Part shown: piece after piece, positions 44,241 to 57,914 of the stretch
How the letters are laid out: each line of letters starts with the position of its first letter
Position numbering within the stretch: position 1 is the first letter of the stretch
From: the human T2T-CHM13v2.0 reference genome, Homo sapiens
DNA length: 64,000 nucleotides
Assembly: GCF_009914755.1 (NCBI RefSeq)
Contig: NC_060930.1
Strand: one strand, 5' to 3'
Program-made: the position numbers and the translations under genes
The notes under the pieces: generated by a model
What the model was told of the DNA's origin: nothing
What the model saw: the letters and a program-made list of their open reading frames with translations, nothing else
Databases searched by the model: none

Positions 44241-44694
44241 CACTCCTAGGGCTGTGGAGGGTGCGGTTCACTCCCGGGGCTGTGGAGGGTGCGGATCGCT
44301 CCCGGGACTGTGGAGGGTGCGGATCGCTCCCGGGGCTGTGGAGGGTGCGGATCGCTCCCGGGGCTGTGGAGGGTGCGGATCGCTCCCGGGGCTGTGGAGG
44401 GTGCGGATCGCTCCCGGGGCTGTGGAGGGTGCGGATCGCTCCCGGGGCTGTGGAGGGTGCGGATCGCTCCCGGGACTGTGGAGGGTGCGGATCGCTCCCG
44501 GGGCTGTGGAGGGTGCGGTTCTCTCCCGGGGCTGTGGAGGGTGCGGTTCACTCCCGGGGCTGTGGAGGGTGCGGTTCACTCCCGGGGCTGTGGAGGGTGC
44601 GGATCGCTCCTGGGGCTGTGGAGGGTGCGGTTCACTCCCGGGACTGTGGAGGGTGCGGATCGCTCCTGGGGCTGTGGAGGGTGCGGATCGCTCC
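44241..44694. repeat. 28-bp GC-rich minisatellite, ~16 copies
   Basis: Unit TGTGGAGGGTGCGGATCGCTCCCGGGGC with variants; period 28 (44281, 44309...). Confidence 0.97.
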
Positions 44695-44869
44695 AGGTGT
44701 GATTTTCATGGGAATGGAACTGGCTCCCTAGGTGGTGTTCATTTCCTCTGGATGCCTCAGGCCTGTCTCCTCCAAAGACGAGAACTTTCTTTTAAGTTTT
44801 CCTGCTAAATATACTCAAAAAAGCTTTCTAGCTCTAGACTTTCAAACACACACAATACTGATGTGTATG

Positions 44870-45420
44870 TGTGTGTGTTAAATACACAAAACACAACATT
44901 TATCATTTTATTCATTTTAAGTGTACAGCTCTGTGGCATTAAGTACATTCACATTGTTGTACAACCATCAACAGCATCCTTCTCCAGAATCTTTTCATTT
45001 TCCTCCACTGAAACCCTGTAGCCATTAAACACTAACTCTCCATTCTCCCTCCCCTCCAGTCCTTGGCAACCGCAATTCTACTTTCCGTCTGTAGGGGGAC
45101 TCTAGGGACCGCCGTAAGTGGAATCATACAGCATTTGTTTCTTCTATGGCTTATTTCACTTAGGACAATGTCGTCAAGGTTCACCCTTGCTGTGGCGTGT
45201 GGCGGAATTTCCTTCCTCTTTAGGGCTGAGTAACATTCCATTGTACGGCTGTACCACATTTTGTTCATCCAGGCGTCTGTTGAGGGACACTGGGTTGCTG
45301 TTGTGAATAATACTGCTCTGAACACTGGTGGGCAAGTATCCTTTTGAGTCCCTGCTTTCAGTTCTCTGGGGTATATACTGAGAAATGGAATCACTAGATC
45401 ATTTGGTCATTCTATTCAAT
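44870..45420 (-). mobile_element. L1MB-like 3' region
   Basis: TTTTAAGTGTACAG...CATTAAGTACATTCACATTGTTGTACAACCATCA...GAAATGGAATCACTAGATCA. Confidence 0.88.
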
Positions 45421-45954
45421 ACTTTTAAAACCAAATCAGTATTCTTCTAAATGATAACTTGTCCCCTTTCCTGCTGCCTTTTTGACTGGGGCTGGGTTGA
45501 GGGTGGAGAAGCGGGAAGACACGATAATGTAGTACTTAAGAGCCTGGGGTTTGTCCCAAGACAAACCTGGTTTAAACACCTGCTCTGCCAATCACTGGCT
45601 CAGAAACCTTGGGTTTCACCTAACCCTGTAGTCTCAGTTTCCTTACCTACAGAATGGGATAATGTCAATTTTACATAAGTTAGATGGTATTTATAATGTC
45701 TTACTACAATGCCTGGCACACAGCTTTCAATTAATGGCTTCTAGTAATCGATTACTTCCATTTCAACAATCCCAGGTGTTGTCAAAGAAGGTGGCATTTA
45801 CAAATGAGTCCCACAGGTCCTAGCCACAGTCTGTGGTAATGACATGCTAAACCGCCCCAAGGAGCAGCGCCTGTAGGAAGACTGGGTAGACTTCCTTCCT
45901 TTCCTGTGGCAGAGGGCTCCGCACAGAAGAAACTCTGGTCTCTTCCTGATGTCT

Positions 45955-46505
45955 CTTAACAGCTTTATGGAGATATAATTCATACACCATCAAATCTATC
46001 CAATTAAAGTGTACAATTCAATGGTTTTTAGTATATTCACAGTTGTGCATCCATTACCACAATCAATTTTAGAGCATTTTCATTACCCCCAAGGAAACAC
46101 TACTCATTAGTCGCCTTTCAAATGTCCCATCCTCTCTAGCCCCTGGCAACCGCTAACCCACTTTCTGTCTCGATGCATTTGCCTATTTTGGCCATTTCAC
46201 AGAAACGAAATCACACAATGCGTGACTTTTTGTGTCTGGCTTCTTTCCCGTAGCATAATGTTCTCAAGGGCCATCCGTGTTCTAGCATGTATCAGTACTT
46301 GGTTCCGTTTTACCACCAATAATATTTTTATTGTATGGCTATACCACATGTTGCTCATCCATTTATTATCTGATGGCCATCTGGGTTGTTTCCACTTTTT
46401 GGCTATTGCTAATAAGGTTTCAATAAATATTTGCATATAAGTCTTTGTGTGGACACGTTTTCATTTCTCTTGAGTATACATGTAGGGGTGGGATTGCTGG
46501 ATCAC
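45955..46505 (-). mobile_element. L1M (MB/ME-like) 3' region
   Basis: AACAGCTTTATGGAGATATAATTCA...AAAGTGTACAATTCAATGG...GGGATTGCTGGATCA. Confidence 0.88.
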
Positions 46506-47330
46506 ACTACCTCTTCTTTTTAAGCCCCAACATAGAATGGTTGCTTCTAGGACCTGTCAAGAGATTCTCAGACAAGCAAAAACCAAGCTCCTGGAGCTGG
46601 CCCCACTCCTCCACTTAGTGAGAAGCTTACAAAGGTGTTCAGATTTGTACTCTGTAATCTCACTGTATTGATACTGAACATCTTCTTTGAGCTCAGTTCC
46701 TCCTCACAGAGGAACTCTAGTGTCCTTTAAATAATGACTCTGCTACCCGGCTAGTGATATGCCTCTATCTGTATTTAAGATCATTTCCCCTGAATGATGG
46801 AGATTTTAATATTTTGCATCTAATGTCCTGTGACTCTATCTGAATAATTAAAACCACCCAGTTGATTGTTGCCCTATTCTCAAAGACAGGATTCCTGCTC
46901 TTTTGTAGACATCTCCACTCAGGTCACACACTGGAGTAAGAGTTGACAGGCTTTGTCCTTGCAAGCTGCCTGTGGCCCACCACCCAAATTATCCTCATGT
47001 GAATGTATTTTTGAGGGAGGATATGGAGCATTCATCCTGCCATTTTTGCAAACCACAATAGCCAAGTCTTCTCACCCCTTTCCACTGTGTTACTCAGAGG
47101 CCTGAGGTGGTGCAGAGTTCACTTTGCCTTTGGTCAAAACGTACTGGGGAAGGTGGTGGCTCCACAAGTTGCAAAGAAAAATACAATGGTGCTGTCTTTC
47201 AGCAGGTCAAAAAGGATTCTATAAAGACTAATGGTAGACAAGGGGCACTGAGGAGGATTCATGAAAGTAAATTTCATGATGACAAAAGAAGACATTTCTG
47301 CCAAGATTTTATATATAGAAGATATTCAAA

Positions 47331-47616
47331 GGCCAGGTGTGGTAGTGCACACCTGTAATCCCAGCACTTTGGGAGGCCAAGATGGGCAGACTGCTTGAGC
47401 CTAGGAGTTTGAGACCAGCCTGGGCAACATGACAAAACCCTGTCTCTACAAACAATACAGAAACTAACTGGGCATGGTGGCACACGCCTGTAGTCCCAAC
47501 TACTCGGGAGGCTGAGGTGGGAGGATCACCTGAGGCTGGGGAGGTTGAGGCTGCGGAGAGCCGTAATCATGCCAACTGTACTTCAGCCTGGGCCAACAGA
47601 GTGAGACCCTGTCTCC

Positions 47617-47645
<29 letters not shown>
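47331..47645 (+). mobile_element. Alu (AluJ-type)
   Basis: Dimeric Alu, long A tail. Confidence 0.95.
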
Positions 47646-47647
<2 letters not shown>

Positions 47648-48659
47648 GATAGTTTTTCTTACTTAAAGAATTTTTATCAGTAGCCAGTAAGAATAATGAC
47701 TGTTTTTTTATGAATGATTTCCAGACTAAGTCACAAGAAAACCTTATATACTATGACATCTGTATATTAAGGAATTCTAACATGCTCCCCACTGAAAACA
47801 CAAGAAAATATCAAGATGCAATAGAAAACAAACCTGGTGGCAGACAATGACTATGGACTTTATGCCTGGGGGTAAAAAGAGAAAAAAATAAAAGTTAAGA
47901 GTAACAGTTAACAGAAAGAAAGAGTTCTTTGGGATTTCAAACAGAAGCAAGTGCTAGAGGTGTTTAAGACAGGTTAAAAGCTAGAAATGAGATTAATCCT
48001 TTAGACATAGACATTTTGCTCTTCACAATCAGGTTAATACTTTGAAGTCTTAAAGAAAGTCTTTCGAGCAATCAGAGGACTTCAAAGTGATTGTTGCACA
48101 TAAGCCTAAGAGAATTTGATCTCAAAAGAAGAGTAATATTGATGTTCGTTGAGTACCTACTATGTTCTAGGCACTTATGCTAGGTACTTTGTAGATGTAA
48201 TTGAATGTCGTCCTTGTTAACACTCTCTGGAAATAGGTTTTGACATCTCTGCGGTAGGGAGAAGAAGACAGGCCTGGAGAGCATAAGTAGCTTGTTCTGA
48301 ATGACAATAGCTGGTGAGCGGCAGGGCAAAGCAGGCCTGCCAGCCCAGTGCCTCTGATCTTCCCAGGCACCGCTGCATTTCCACCTCGCTAACTGGAGAA
48401 ATACCAGCAACTCTGGAAACATGGTGAGCATATCATATCCAGAACTCTGACCAACGAAGGCGCAGGCTTCATTCAAAGTTAGGCAACAGAATATTAAGGT
48501 TCATTCATGACACAGGTCACACTGTATTTACAAATACAAACTGGAGTAGGACAATGAGGAGTATCAGATAAAAGTTAATGTTTGGCTCGATTTAAAACAG
48601 TAGCACTTGACTGGTTTTCGACACTTTTGCTATGATTGTGTTTAATATTAACAAGATAT

Positions 48660-49498
<839 letters not shown>

Positions 49499-51185
49499 AT
49501 ACTTAAAAAAAAATAAAGCTTAACTAAAATTTGAAAAGATTGAAAAAATCTGTTTGGAGGAAGGAACATTTAAACCTGTATAATGAGTATTTCCAAAGTA
49601 CATAAGGCTGTGGCGTTGAAGGACACCAACACAAAGGTTTAGACAAACTATGATGTGCTCTCTGTACTTTACAAGTAGAAAGTACTTAAGTGCATTACAG
49701 GTATGCACAGTGTGTGGCTGAGGATCCCGTTTCTGGAACCTGGAGTTGGGCTCGGGAAAGTCAATTTGTGCTTCAACTTGATCTGCACTTGGGAACATGT
49801 AAGGCTTATCATTTCCTAGATTCTTAACCATTCAACAAAAGCATGTTAAAAATGTAACATACATGCTGAAAAATGGTTAAGAAGGTAAACTTTATGTTAC
49901 GTATATTTTGCCACTATGAAAAATAAAAGAGGTAACACGAACTGAAACCAAAACGTAGACTTTCCTTTTTCCTAGACTGTGAGCAGTACTGCCTTCCTTA
50001 TGCCACTTCCACCTCCTAAATAACCAACCAAATGGATTTAAAAGCCTTCCAACTTGTTGTTCAGGTGTCCAGTTCTACAAGTATTCAAGCATTGTTTCTC
50101 TCTGTAGAAATCAGACCAAGAGCCTCTGTGTGTGATCATGACTACCACTACCTTATGGTTATAATTATTCTGGATGTTCAGCTTTTTAATCTAGTTTTCA
50201 TGTTTGAAAAACTATACTTTCACAAAAGTTGAGCATTTATCACATTTGTGGAAATAAAAAGAAGATGGCACTGTTGAGGGTACTGGCCCTTCATAGGAAT
50301 AATGCAGATGGGAGAGATGGGGGTGGTATGACTCAGGGTCCTCATGCTCACATATTTTCTATTAAGAGGATGAGGTCACAACAGTAAAGTACACTGCCTT
50401 AGGTCACAGGACTGTAGCCTGATTTATCAATAACTCGCCCTCTGTCCTTGGCAATCACTCGGCTTCTCTGCGCATCAGTTTTCTCTCTGTAAAGTGGAGA
50501 GTAGGCTGATTTCTCAGGTCCCTGCTGCAAAAGCCACTCAAGCTTCTATCATTCCACAGAAAGGAAGAGCCTCTTCAATAGCCTGGGCAGGAACTTGTAA
50601 ATACAGGATTTCTTCTGCCAACGCACATGTCCACCGTAGCGGAACAGTACTGGTGTGGATGAAGGAACCTCATTATATCAAAACGCATACTAACATCAAA
50701 CATGACAGCTGGAAAAAGTTTAACTGATAATTTAGTAGACCCTTCATTTTACAGAGCAGGAAAGTAAAATCCCAAAAAGCCAAAGAGCATGACCAGCATC
50801 TCAACACTCACGGAGGTCAGAGCTGGAAGGGATTCTAGAGCTTTTGAGGGAGGCTTTTCCAAACTTTTACCCCCCCACCAAACTGAACCGTGACCCTCAC
50901 TACCACTGAGGAATAGGCATGAGGGTATAAAAAAGGTTAAGAGAAAACGTTAAAGTTTCCAATGACTGGGTTTGGAGCTCAGCCTTTTTGTTTCCCAGAA
51001 GAAGAAACTGAGATCCAGAGAGGTTAAGACCAGGTCAAACTACAAACCAGAAGCAGAGCTGACCCACAAACGCACCTATTTACCCAGCACAAACCCATGC
51101 CATGATCGCTGAGGGTCTGTGACAGGCTGCCCTGTTTCTGTGCATGTGTCGGGGGGGATGCGGGTACAGGTGATAAGGAAACCGG

Positions 51186-51706
51186 TGTGGCAGATGGTGT
51201 TTTCCAATGATTGTATTACAATGAATGGACCCTCCTCTACTGAGAGAAGGGGTTTGTGTTCTCTCTATGTGAACCTGGACAGGTTCTATAACCTTGACAG
51301 TGGAGGTGACGCTGTACAACTCCTGAGGCTATGCCGTAGAGAAAATATGGCTTCTGTGTGGCTCTCTCTGCTGGGACTCTTGCCTTTGGAACCCAGCCGC
51401 CATGTTGTGAGGAAGCCCAGGTTACAGTGAGGCCATATGTGCTATGTTCTGGCTGACACCCTGGCCAGACTCCTGGCTCACAGCTAGCATCAACCTCCAG
51501 ACAGCTAAGTAAAAGATGATTCCTGCCCCCAGCTTTCCAATCTTCCAGCTGAGGTTCAATCACTGTGGAGCAACACAAGTCCCCCTCGCCATGCCCTGTC
51601 TGAATTCTTGACCTATAGAAGTGGGATGTGGCAATAAATGAAGATTGTTCTTTGAAGCCACTAAGTTTTGGGGGATGACTTACTGTGCAGCAATAACTGA
51701 TATACA
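51186..51706 (+). mobile_element. MaLR LTR (MLT1F/G/H-like)
   Basis: GGAACCCAGCCGCCATGTTGTGAGGAAGCCCA...TTTGAAGCCACTAAGTTTTGGGG...AACTGATATACA. Confidence 0.82.
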
Positions 51707-52944
51707 AGGTCCTTAAATCACCAGCCATTGCTAGATTTCTTGATTTTCATTTCTACCATTCAACCATTCCCCACCCCCTTCTACTGTTTACAGGTAAAGG
51801 CCATGCACCTTTTCATTTTTTCCCCTTAAAACCTGAAACATGATTTTTTCCCTAATGACTTAGCCCTTGCATTAGGAGATGGTGTAAACTGACAACGCTT
51901 TGGGACTCACAGCCATGCCCAGATTTGAAGAGCCCAGGATGCTTTCCCTACGCTGCCTCGTAACTTCAGTTTCTGGAATGCCTTTCCCTAAGGAGAGTGC
52001 AGCCATCCCCAGCCATGGACCCTTGGCCTGCTGGCCTCATGCAGATGTCTCCCAGGAGGCCGCATCGCGGGCCGGTCCCCTGTGTTTTCAGTTTTCATCA
52101 GCACTCCTATATCCTTGCCCTACTCTGACTCCCCACGTGGCTGCATTCCGGATATGCTCTGTCCAGCCTCTCCGGAAGTTGGGATGCCACATGTATTGGT
52201 TCAGAGCTGGTGGGAGATCAGTGATGCCACTTCCTGTTCACAATGCCTCAGGGGTGATCCCGATAAGTGACATCTGTTAGCGCTCTAGGGCCTGTGGCCA
52301 CATTGAGGAGGCCAAGCCTGCACCACAAGCGGATCTTCTGTGTGAGTGGAGTCTGATGCCGTGTCAGCACACCACTGTCATTCAGGGTACGGTGGCCAAT
52401 CTTACACAGGGGATCAAATATGCCTTCTGGCTCCAGTGACTTATGGCAACCTCTGGGGCACAGTTTCGCCACTGGGGATGGTCTTCAGGCCCATAACTGT
52501 GTGAGTCTGTGCTTATACATGGGCAAGTTTTACTGGCAATGTGAATAATTCCTATTTCCTTAGCGTAATATATTGGTGACTGTGATACAGACATCGGGAG
52601 GTTGACAGACACAATAACAGGACCTATTATAAAGACAAACCGAGTATTGTGTCCTTGGCCTTGAGATGTGGCTGGCATAGGCCTAAGCTCAGAGGGCCTG
52701 ATAGTGCACAGAACTGGTTAAAAAAAAGCCAGGAGGAAGAAATCGGCTTTGTCATCTCTCTCCATCTTGTTTTCTCTGTCCTGCCAGAATTTTAAGGAGT
52801 GCTAAGGGTCTCTTCTGCAAGCCTCAAAAACACAAGGCAATACAGCTCTGATGGAGGCAAATTTTACAGCAGAAGAACCTGAGTGCCAAAGGCTGCGGGA
52901 ACAAAAAATACCAGAGCAAGAATTAACAGCATGAGAAAGCATGC

Positions 52945-52961
52945 GGCCAGCAGATGGCGAC
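52945..52961 (+). promoter_or_regulatory. Candidate CTCF site
   Basis: GGCCAGCAGATGGCGAC, close to the CTCF core CCAGCAGRTGGCGC. Confidence 0.55.
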
Positions 52962-53499
52962 AGAGGCCTTTGTGAGCCACTGGCTGCCGGGTTCTCAAGT
53001 GCTGGAAGGTGGCTCTTCACAGCTATTGTATAAGTGATTTATGTATTTGGATTCTGCTCAATGTTATATATGCATTACTGAATAAAACATTCACAGTACA
53101 TTTTCCACCAGCAGCTGAGCTCCAATTCTAAGCTTCTGAGGTCTAATTCCCAAGGCTCAAAGAAGCCCCTGACATCAAATTGCTTTCCTCCCTGAATAGC
53201 TGCTTCATACTCCAGAAAAAGAAATGCTTAGAGAGGTGAGAGCGATCTGATCTGATGTGACCACATAGTCAGAATGCTCACCAGCTCTGTGAGGAAGAGC
53301 AAACGTCTGTCAGGTGGTTTCCTCAAGGCCAACTTGTGCAGGGCTTCCCCAGGCTCCGGCTGCTGTTCCCCGACTTCCTCCTGGCGGCTGTGCCTTGCTC
53401 AGCTACCTGCACTGAGATACAGGCAAGTCTTGGGTGAGGGCTAGCCTCAGTTTGGACAAGAAAAAGAAGTGGCTTACGTGTAAGAAATATGTCAGGTGA

Positions 53500-53834
<335 letters not shown>

Positions 53835-56800
53835 TTAATCAGTTAGCTACCCATGGCCCCAGGAGCTGGGAAATCACTTTGTTCCTGCCTGGGAGCAGGA
53901 GCTGCATGTGTCTGGGAGCTGCAGTGCGGCGCTCACTCCCGGGCTGCCCGGCCTTCCCTGCAAACCTCCGTAATCCCTTCCCGCAGGTGTTTCTGCGAGG
54001 CCACGCTGGGTGACCTCTGAGGTCTCCTTTAGGTCTGTGCTGAGACGCTTTGACGCGACATGGGAAGCAGGCGCAGGCCACAGAGTTTCTAGCAATGAGC
54101 CCAACGTGAGAGTCAGTGTGATGGGGTGGCTCCCGGAGAAGGACACACTCTTCCCTGGGAACATATTTGAGAGGTAAAAGGGCAGGCCCCATCTCCAGGC
54201 CTGGCGCTGGAAGAGAATTCCACAGAAAGCAGAGAACAACGGGCACATCCCTGTGGAAAACACCAACCTGGCATTTCACACACACAATCCATGTGTTGGC
54301 ATTCCGTCTTTAGTCACTGACAGGTCATATGAGTTGGAATCTGAGGCAAGCTTCTCCTGCCCCTTTCTCCCATTTGCTCCCCACACCTGGTTTCTCATTT
54401 AGAACAAAGGAGAGAAAGTGCAGTTTCGGTGAGTGGAGGAGCCGGCAGCATCTCCAGGCATTTCCATGTGGGGGGCACGCGCCTGTGTAAGCGCCTTATC
54501 GCCCTCACGCTGCAAACAGTGCTGCGAAGTCGGCACCAGTATTGTTCTCATTTTGCAGGAGAGGAAACTGAGGTTCATAAAGATTAATAAAACATGTGCT
54601 TAATTTCCCTTGGTGACTCCGAAGTCAACGCTCTTCATCACTATGACGGCGAGGGCGAGGCTGCGGAATTTCTCTGCCACACCTAAGGCCCTCTACCCAC
54701 CAAGTAATAAAAAAGCTTCATCAGAAGGGAAAGCAATAGGACCCCAGCCTTATGAGGAAAAAACATCACAGCAGAGAAGGCTGCCAGGGAGGAGAAAAGA
54801 AAAATCATTTCCTATTTTCGATCCTCATGCCTATTAATATGAAATGGTAGAAAACATCAGAAAGGTCACCAATATGTCTTTAATATACGCCCACTTCACG
54901 TGGTCTTATTTACACCCACGGCTTCACCACCAATGCTCTAGTAATATTGACTGCTAGAGGTGGGCTCCTAACTCAAGCCCGCAAACCAGCATATTCAGCC
55001 TTTAAATCCCCTCTAGAGTTCCTGCATTCCATTCCATTCCACTCCATTCCCCTTGGCACTCTCTTCCCTCAGCCGTCAAATGATCTCTTGCTTGGATTAG
55101 GTTTCTGCCTGGACACTATGCCTCTACGATCAACTCTGCAATTAATTTTTCTCATGATTGCAATTCCTCTAGCATATATATACATTCAATGAGATCGCTT
55201 CATTGCTCCAAATATTCGAATGCCACCTCATGGCACATGGTGCTTCCGGCACTGGATTCAGACCTGCCTGCCTCAGCACGGGCTGTGTCTCATCCACCAC
55301 ACATCACAAGCCTGTGAGTTCAGGGGCAGTTTAGTAGCATGTTTCCCGTATTCAGTCCTAGCAAATGAATTCCTGAGAACTAAATGAATCGTGCAAGGTG
55401 CTGAGGGGTCCCTTATTGATGCCCTGTCCCTAAGGAGACTAGACTTGACTCAGAGTAAAGAATGGGCCTGTGCCAGGTCTGTGCTTCCATCTTGCTCGCA
55501 TGTTATCTTCTGAGGGGGTATTGTTACCTTCATTTTTTTTATTGGTGAAAAAACAGAAATGCCGAGAAGTTAGATAGTATTATACTTTTGTGCAGTCCAT
55601 AGAGCTGGAAAAGGGAGAGCCAGGATTTATACCCCCAGGCAGGACCTGGAATGCTTGTGAAACGCAGGCCCCACTCAGTGGCCCACTCCACAGCTACCCT
55701 CCTTCCTTCTCAACACAGCCCCAATTTCCCCCTGAAGCGGGCCTCTTCCCAGCACAGCCCCCAGGCATCAATCTTGCTTGACGTTAGGCAGTTGTGGTGG
55801 GGCCCAGCTACCTGTCCAGTGAACAGCTTAGGAATAATTGCATACCACAACTCTGGCCAAAGTGGCTAGAGGAGGGGGTTCCTGGGCCTTCTGCAAAAGG
55901 GTTCTTTCCTCTCAAAAGAAGACAAGACTCAGGGGCTTTTCTATTTTTACTGTTGGACACTGCTAAGCTGGAGCCAGGAGGCCGGTCTGTGGGCAGACAC
56001 ACTGTTACATGAAATAATTCCAATACATTCTCACATCAGGGATTTAGAGGGAAAGTGAGAGACCATCAAAGATGGCCATTTTAGGTCAATTTACAGAAAA
56101 GCAGAAGAGCATGTGAGAGCTCAGCACTGAGATGGATGGAATGATTTCCCCATCATCTATCCCCCAGAGGCAGGGGCTTTTCCTAGTTGGCAGTCAAACC
56201 CCAGTGGCCTGCTGGAAGCCATTGGTACCAGGCCATTGGTATTACTTGAGTAGAACTGGGATTTATGTTTTCATGATGATCCTAATTGGGTCACAGGTAA
56301 GCTTTGCTGTGATGTTTGTGTTTGAGTCCACAAAAAAATTTTACAGTAATTTAAACCTGTATTTATGTTTGATACGAGCTCATTTTGTTACCTTAACAAA
56401 ACAAGGGTGTGCTGGGATTTTGTTTTCTTTAAGCAGTTTAATGACTCCAGGAAGTAAACGTGTGTAGTTATGGTCTAGCTAAAGTCACTGATGTCATATT
56501 TTAACCTGGATTTTGGGTTAAATAATGGATAACGTACCTAATTAGGCTACCAGTAAACAATCACTGCAGGATTTCACCTAAAATGCCAGTGACCAGAAGT
56601 AGATGGTGTCCTCTTTCTCTGAAAACTGGGGATCAATGTGAGGTTACAGTTGAAACTATGGGTTATCAATGTCCACAGAATATACTGGCCCTAGGTAAGT
56701 AGAAAAAGTCCTTGAATTTGCTTAACCAAACTTTACATATGCTCATGTGACTACCTGTTTTATACATGGATTCCTTTTCATCTTTGAAGGAAGACAGGAA

Positions 56801-57574
56801 ACAGGGATACTAAAATTCACATTCAGAAAATATTTCCATGTAGAGACGTCCATCTCCCCTCGGTTCTCTCCCTACTGCCTAAACATGCTTTGTTAGCAGG
56901 CCAAGTCAGACGTGGTCCACGGCGGGGTGAATTAGGCCCTTCGTCTCATCGCTCCTTCCTTTTTAATATTCCCGAGGAAGTAACAGTATGGTACTTATTA
57001 AGCCAAATTTTCCTGGAAGCTCCAGGTCTCATTGATAGCCACGCTGATGAGAGATTACTGTCCGACTTTCCTTTTGTAAATTAGTGGGCAACTGGTTCTC
57101 TCCACATGGAGCGGGAAAACAATCTCTGTCTTCTTTCAGTTCCAGAACACACCAAGCTCGTTAGCACTCCCCAGGCCACCTGCCCTCCCCTACTCTCCCT
57201 TCACGTCACCTTACTCATCACCAGGTCCCAGATGAAAGAGCTCTTGCTCACAGAAGACATCCGTGACTGGTGTCCCGGCCACCCTCCCAGCCCGCCCTTT
57301 TGAACAGCACGTCTTACAGCTGGTTGTGTTTTACTCACCCGCATGCTCGTTTGTTGAACATTGGCTCCCAGACCGTTTGAGGCACTGAGGAGAGGATGAC
57401 GCAGACTTGGTCCCCACCCTCAGCAGTGGGTACCGAGTCTCCATCATCCACTACCCAGTGCCTCAATATTCACTGAAACGTAAAAGCAGGAAGGAGAAGC
57501 AAAGACCTTTATGAGCCTCAAGGCTATGTGACACCCACAGATCAGCAGGGTATGCAGGACTTCCCGTGCTGTGT

Positions 57575-57752
57575 GGGGAGAGTTAGAATTCTGAATCGTA
57601 ATCCTGAGCTGGGCTGGGGGCGCAGAGTCAGAACTCTGAATCGTAATCCTGAGCTGGGCTGGTGGGGCAGAGTCAGAACTCTGAATCGTAATCCTGAGCT
57701 GGGCTGAGGGGGCAGAGTCAGAACTCTGTATCGTAATCCTGAGCTGGGCTGG
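57575..57752. repeat. 45-bp tandem repeat, 4 copies (probably MIR-derived)
   Basis: CTG(A/T)ATCGTAATCCTGAGCTGGGCTG at 57591, 57636, 57681 and 57726. Confidence 0.95.
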
Positions 57753-57884
57753 GTATACGCCTTGAACAAGTCATGGTGCCTTCTAAATAGTCTCAAGTGC
57801 AAAACATGGATGAGAAAATGAGAAAAGTTATAGAAAGTATTTTTTAATGAAAGAATTCATATTAGGTGACAGGTAATGACCTTT

Positions 57885-57914
57885 ACACACACACACCTCT
57901 CTCTCTCTCTCTCT
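57885..57914. repeat. Compound (CA)n(CT)n microsatellite
   Basis: ACACACACACACCTCTCTCTCTCTCTCTCT. Confidence 0.85.

Noticed and set aside
44165-44808. Overlapping 137-188 aa ORFs with repeated CGGC (CxxC) motifs
   Set aside because: A product of a stop-free 28-bp repeat (three units give 28 aa in every frame); no evidence of coding.
55025-55050. (CATTC)n resembling satellite III
   Set aside because: Only about five units; an ordinary simple repeat.
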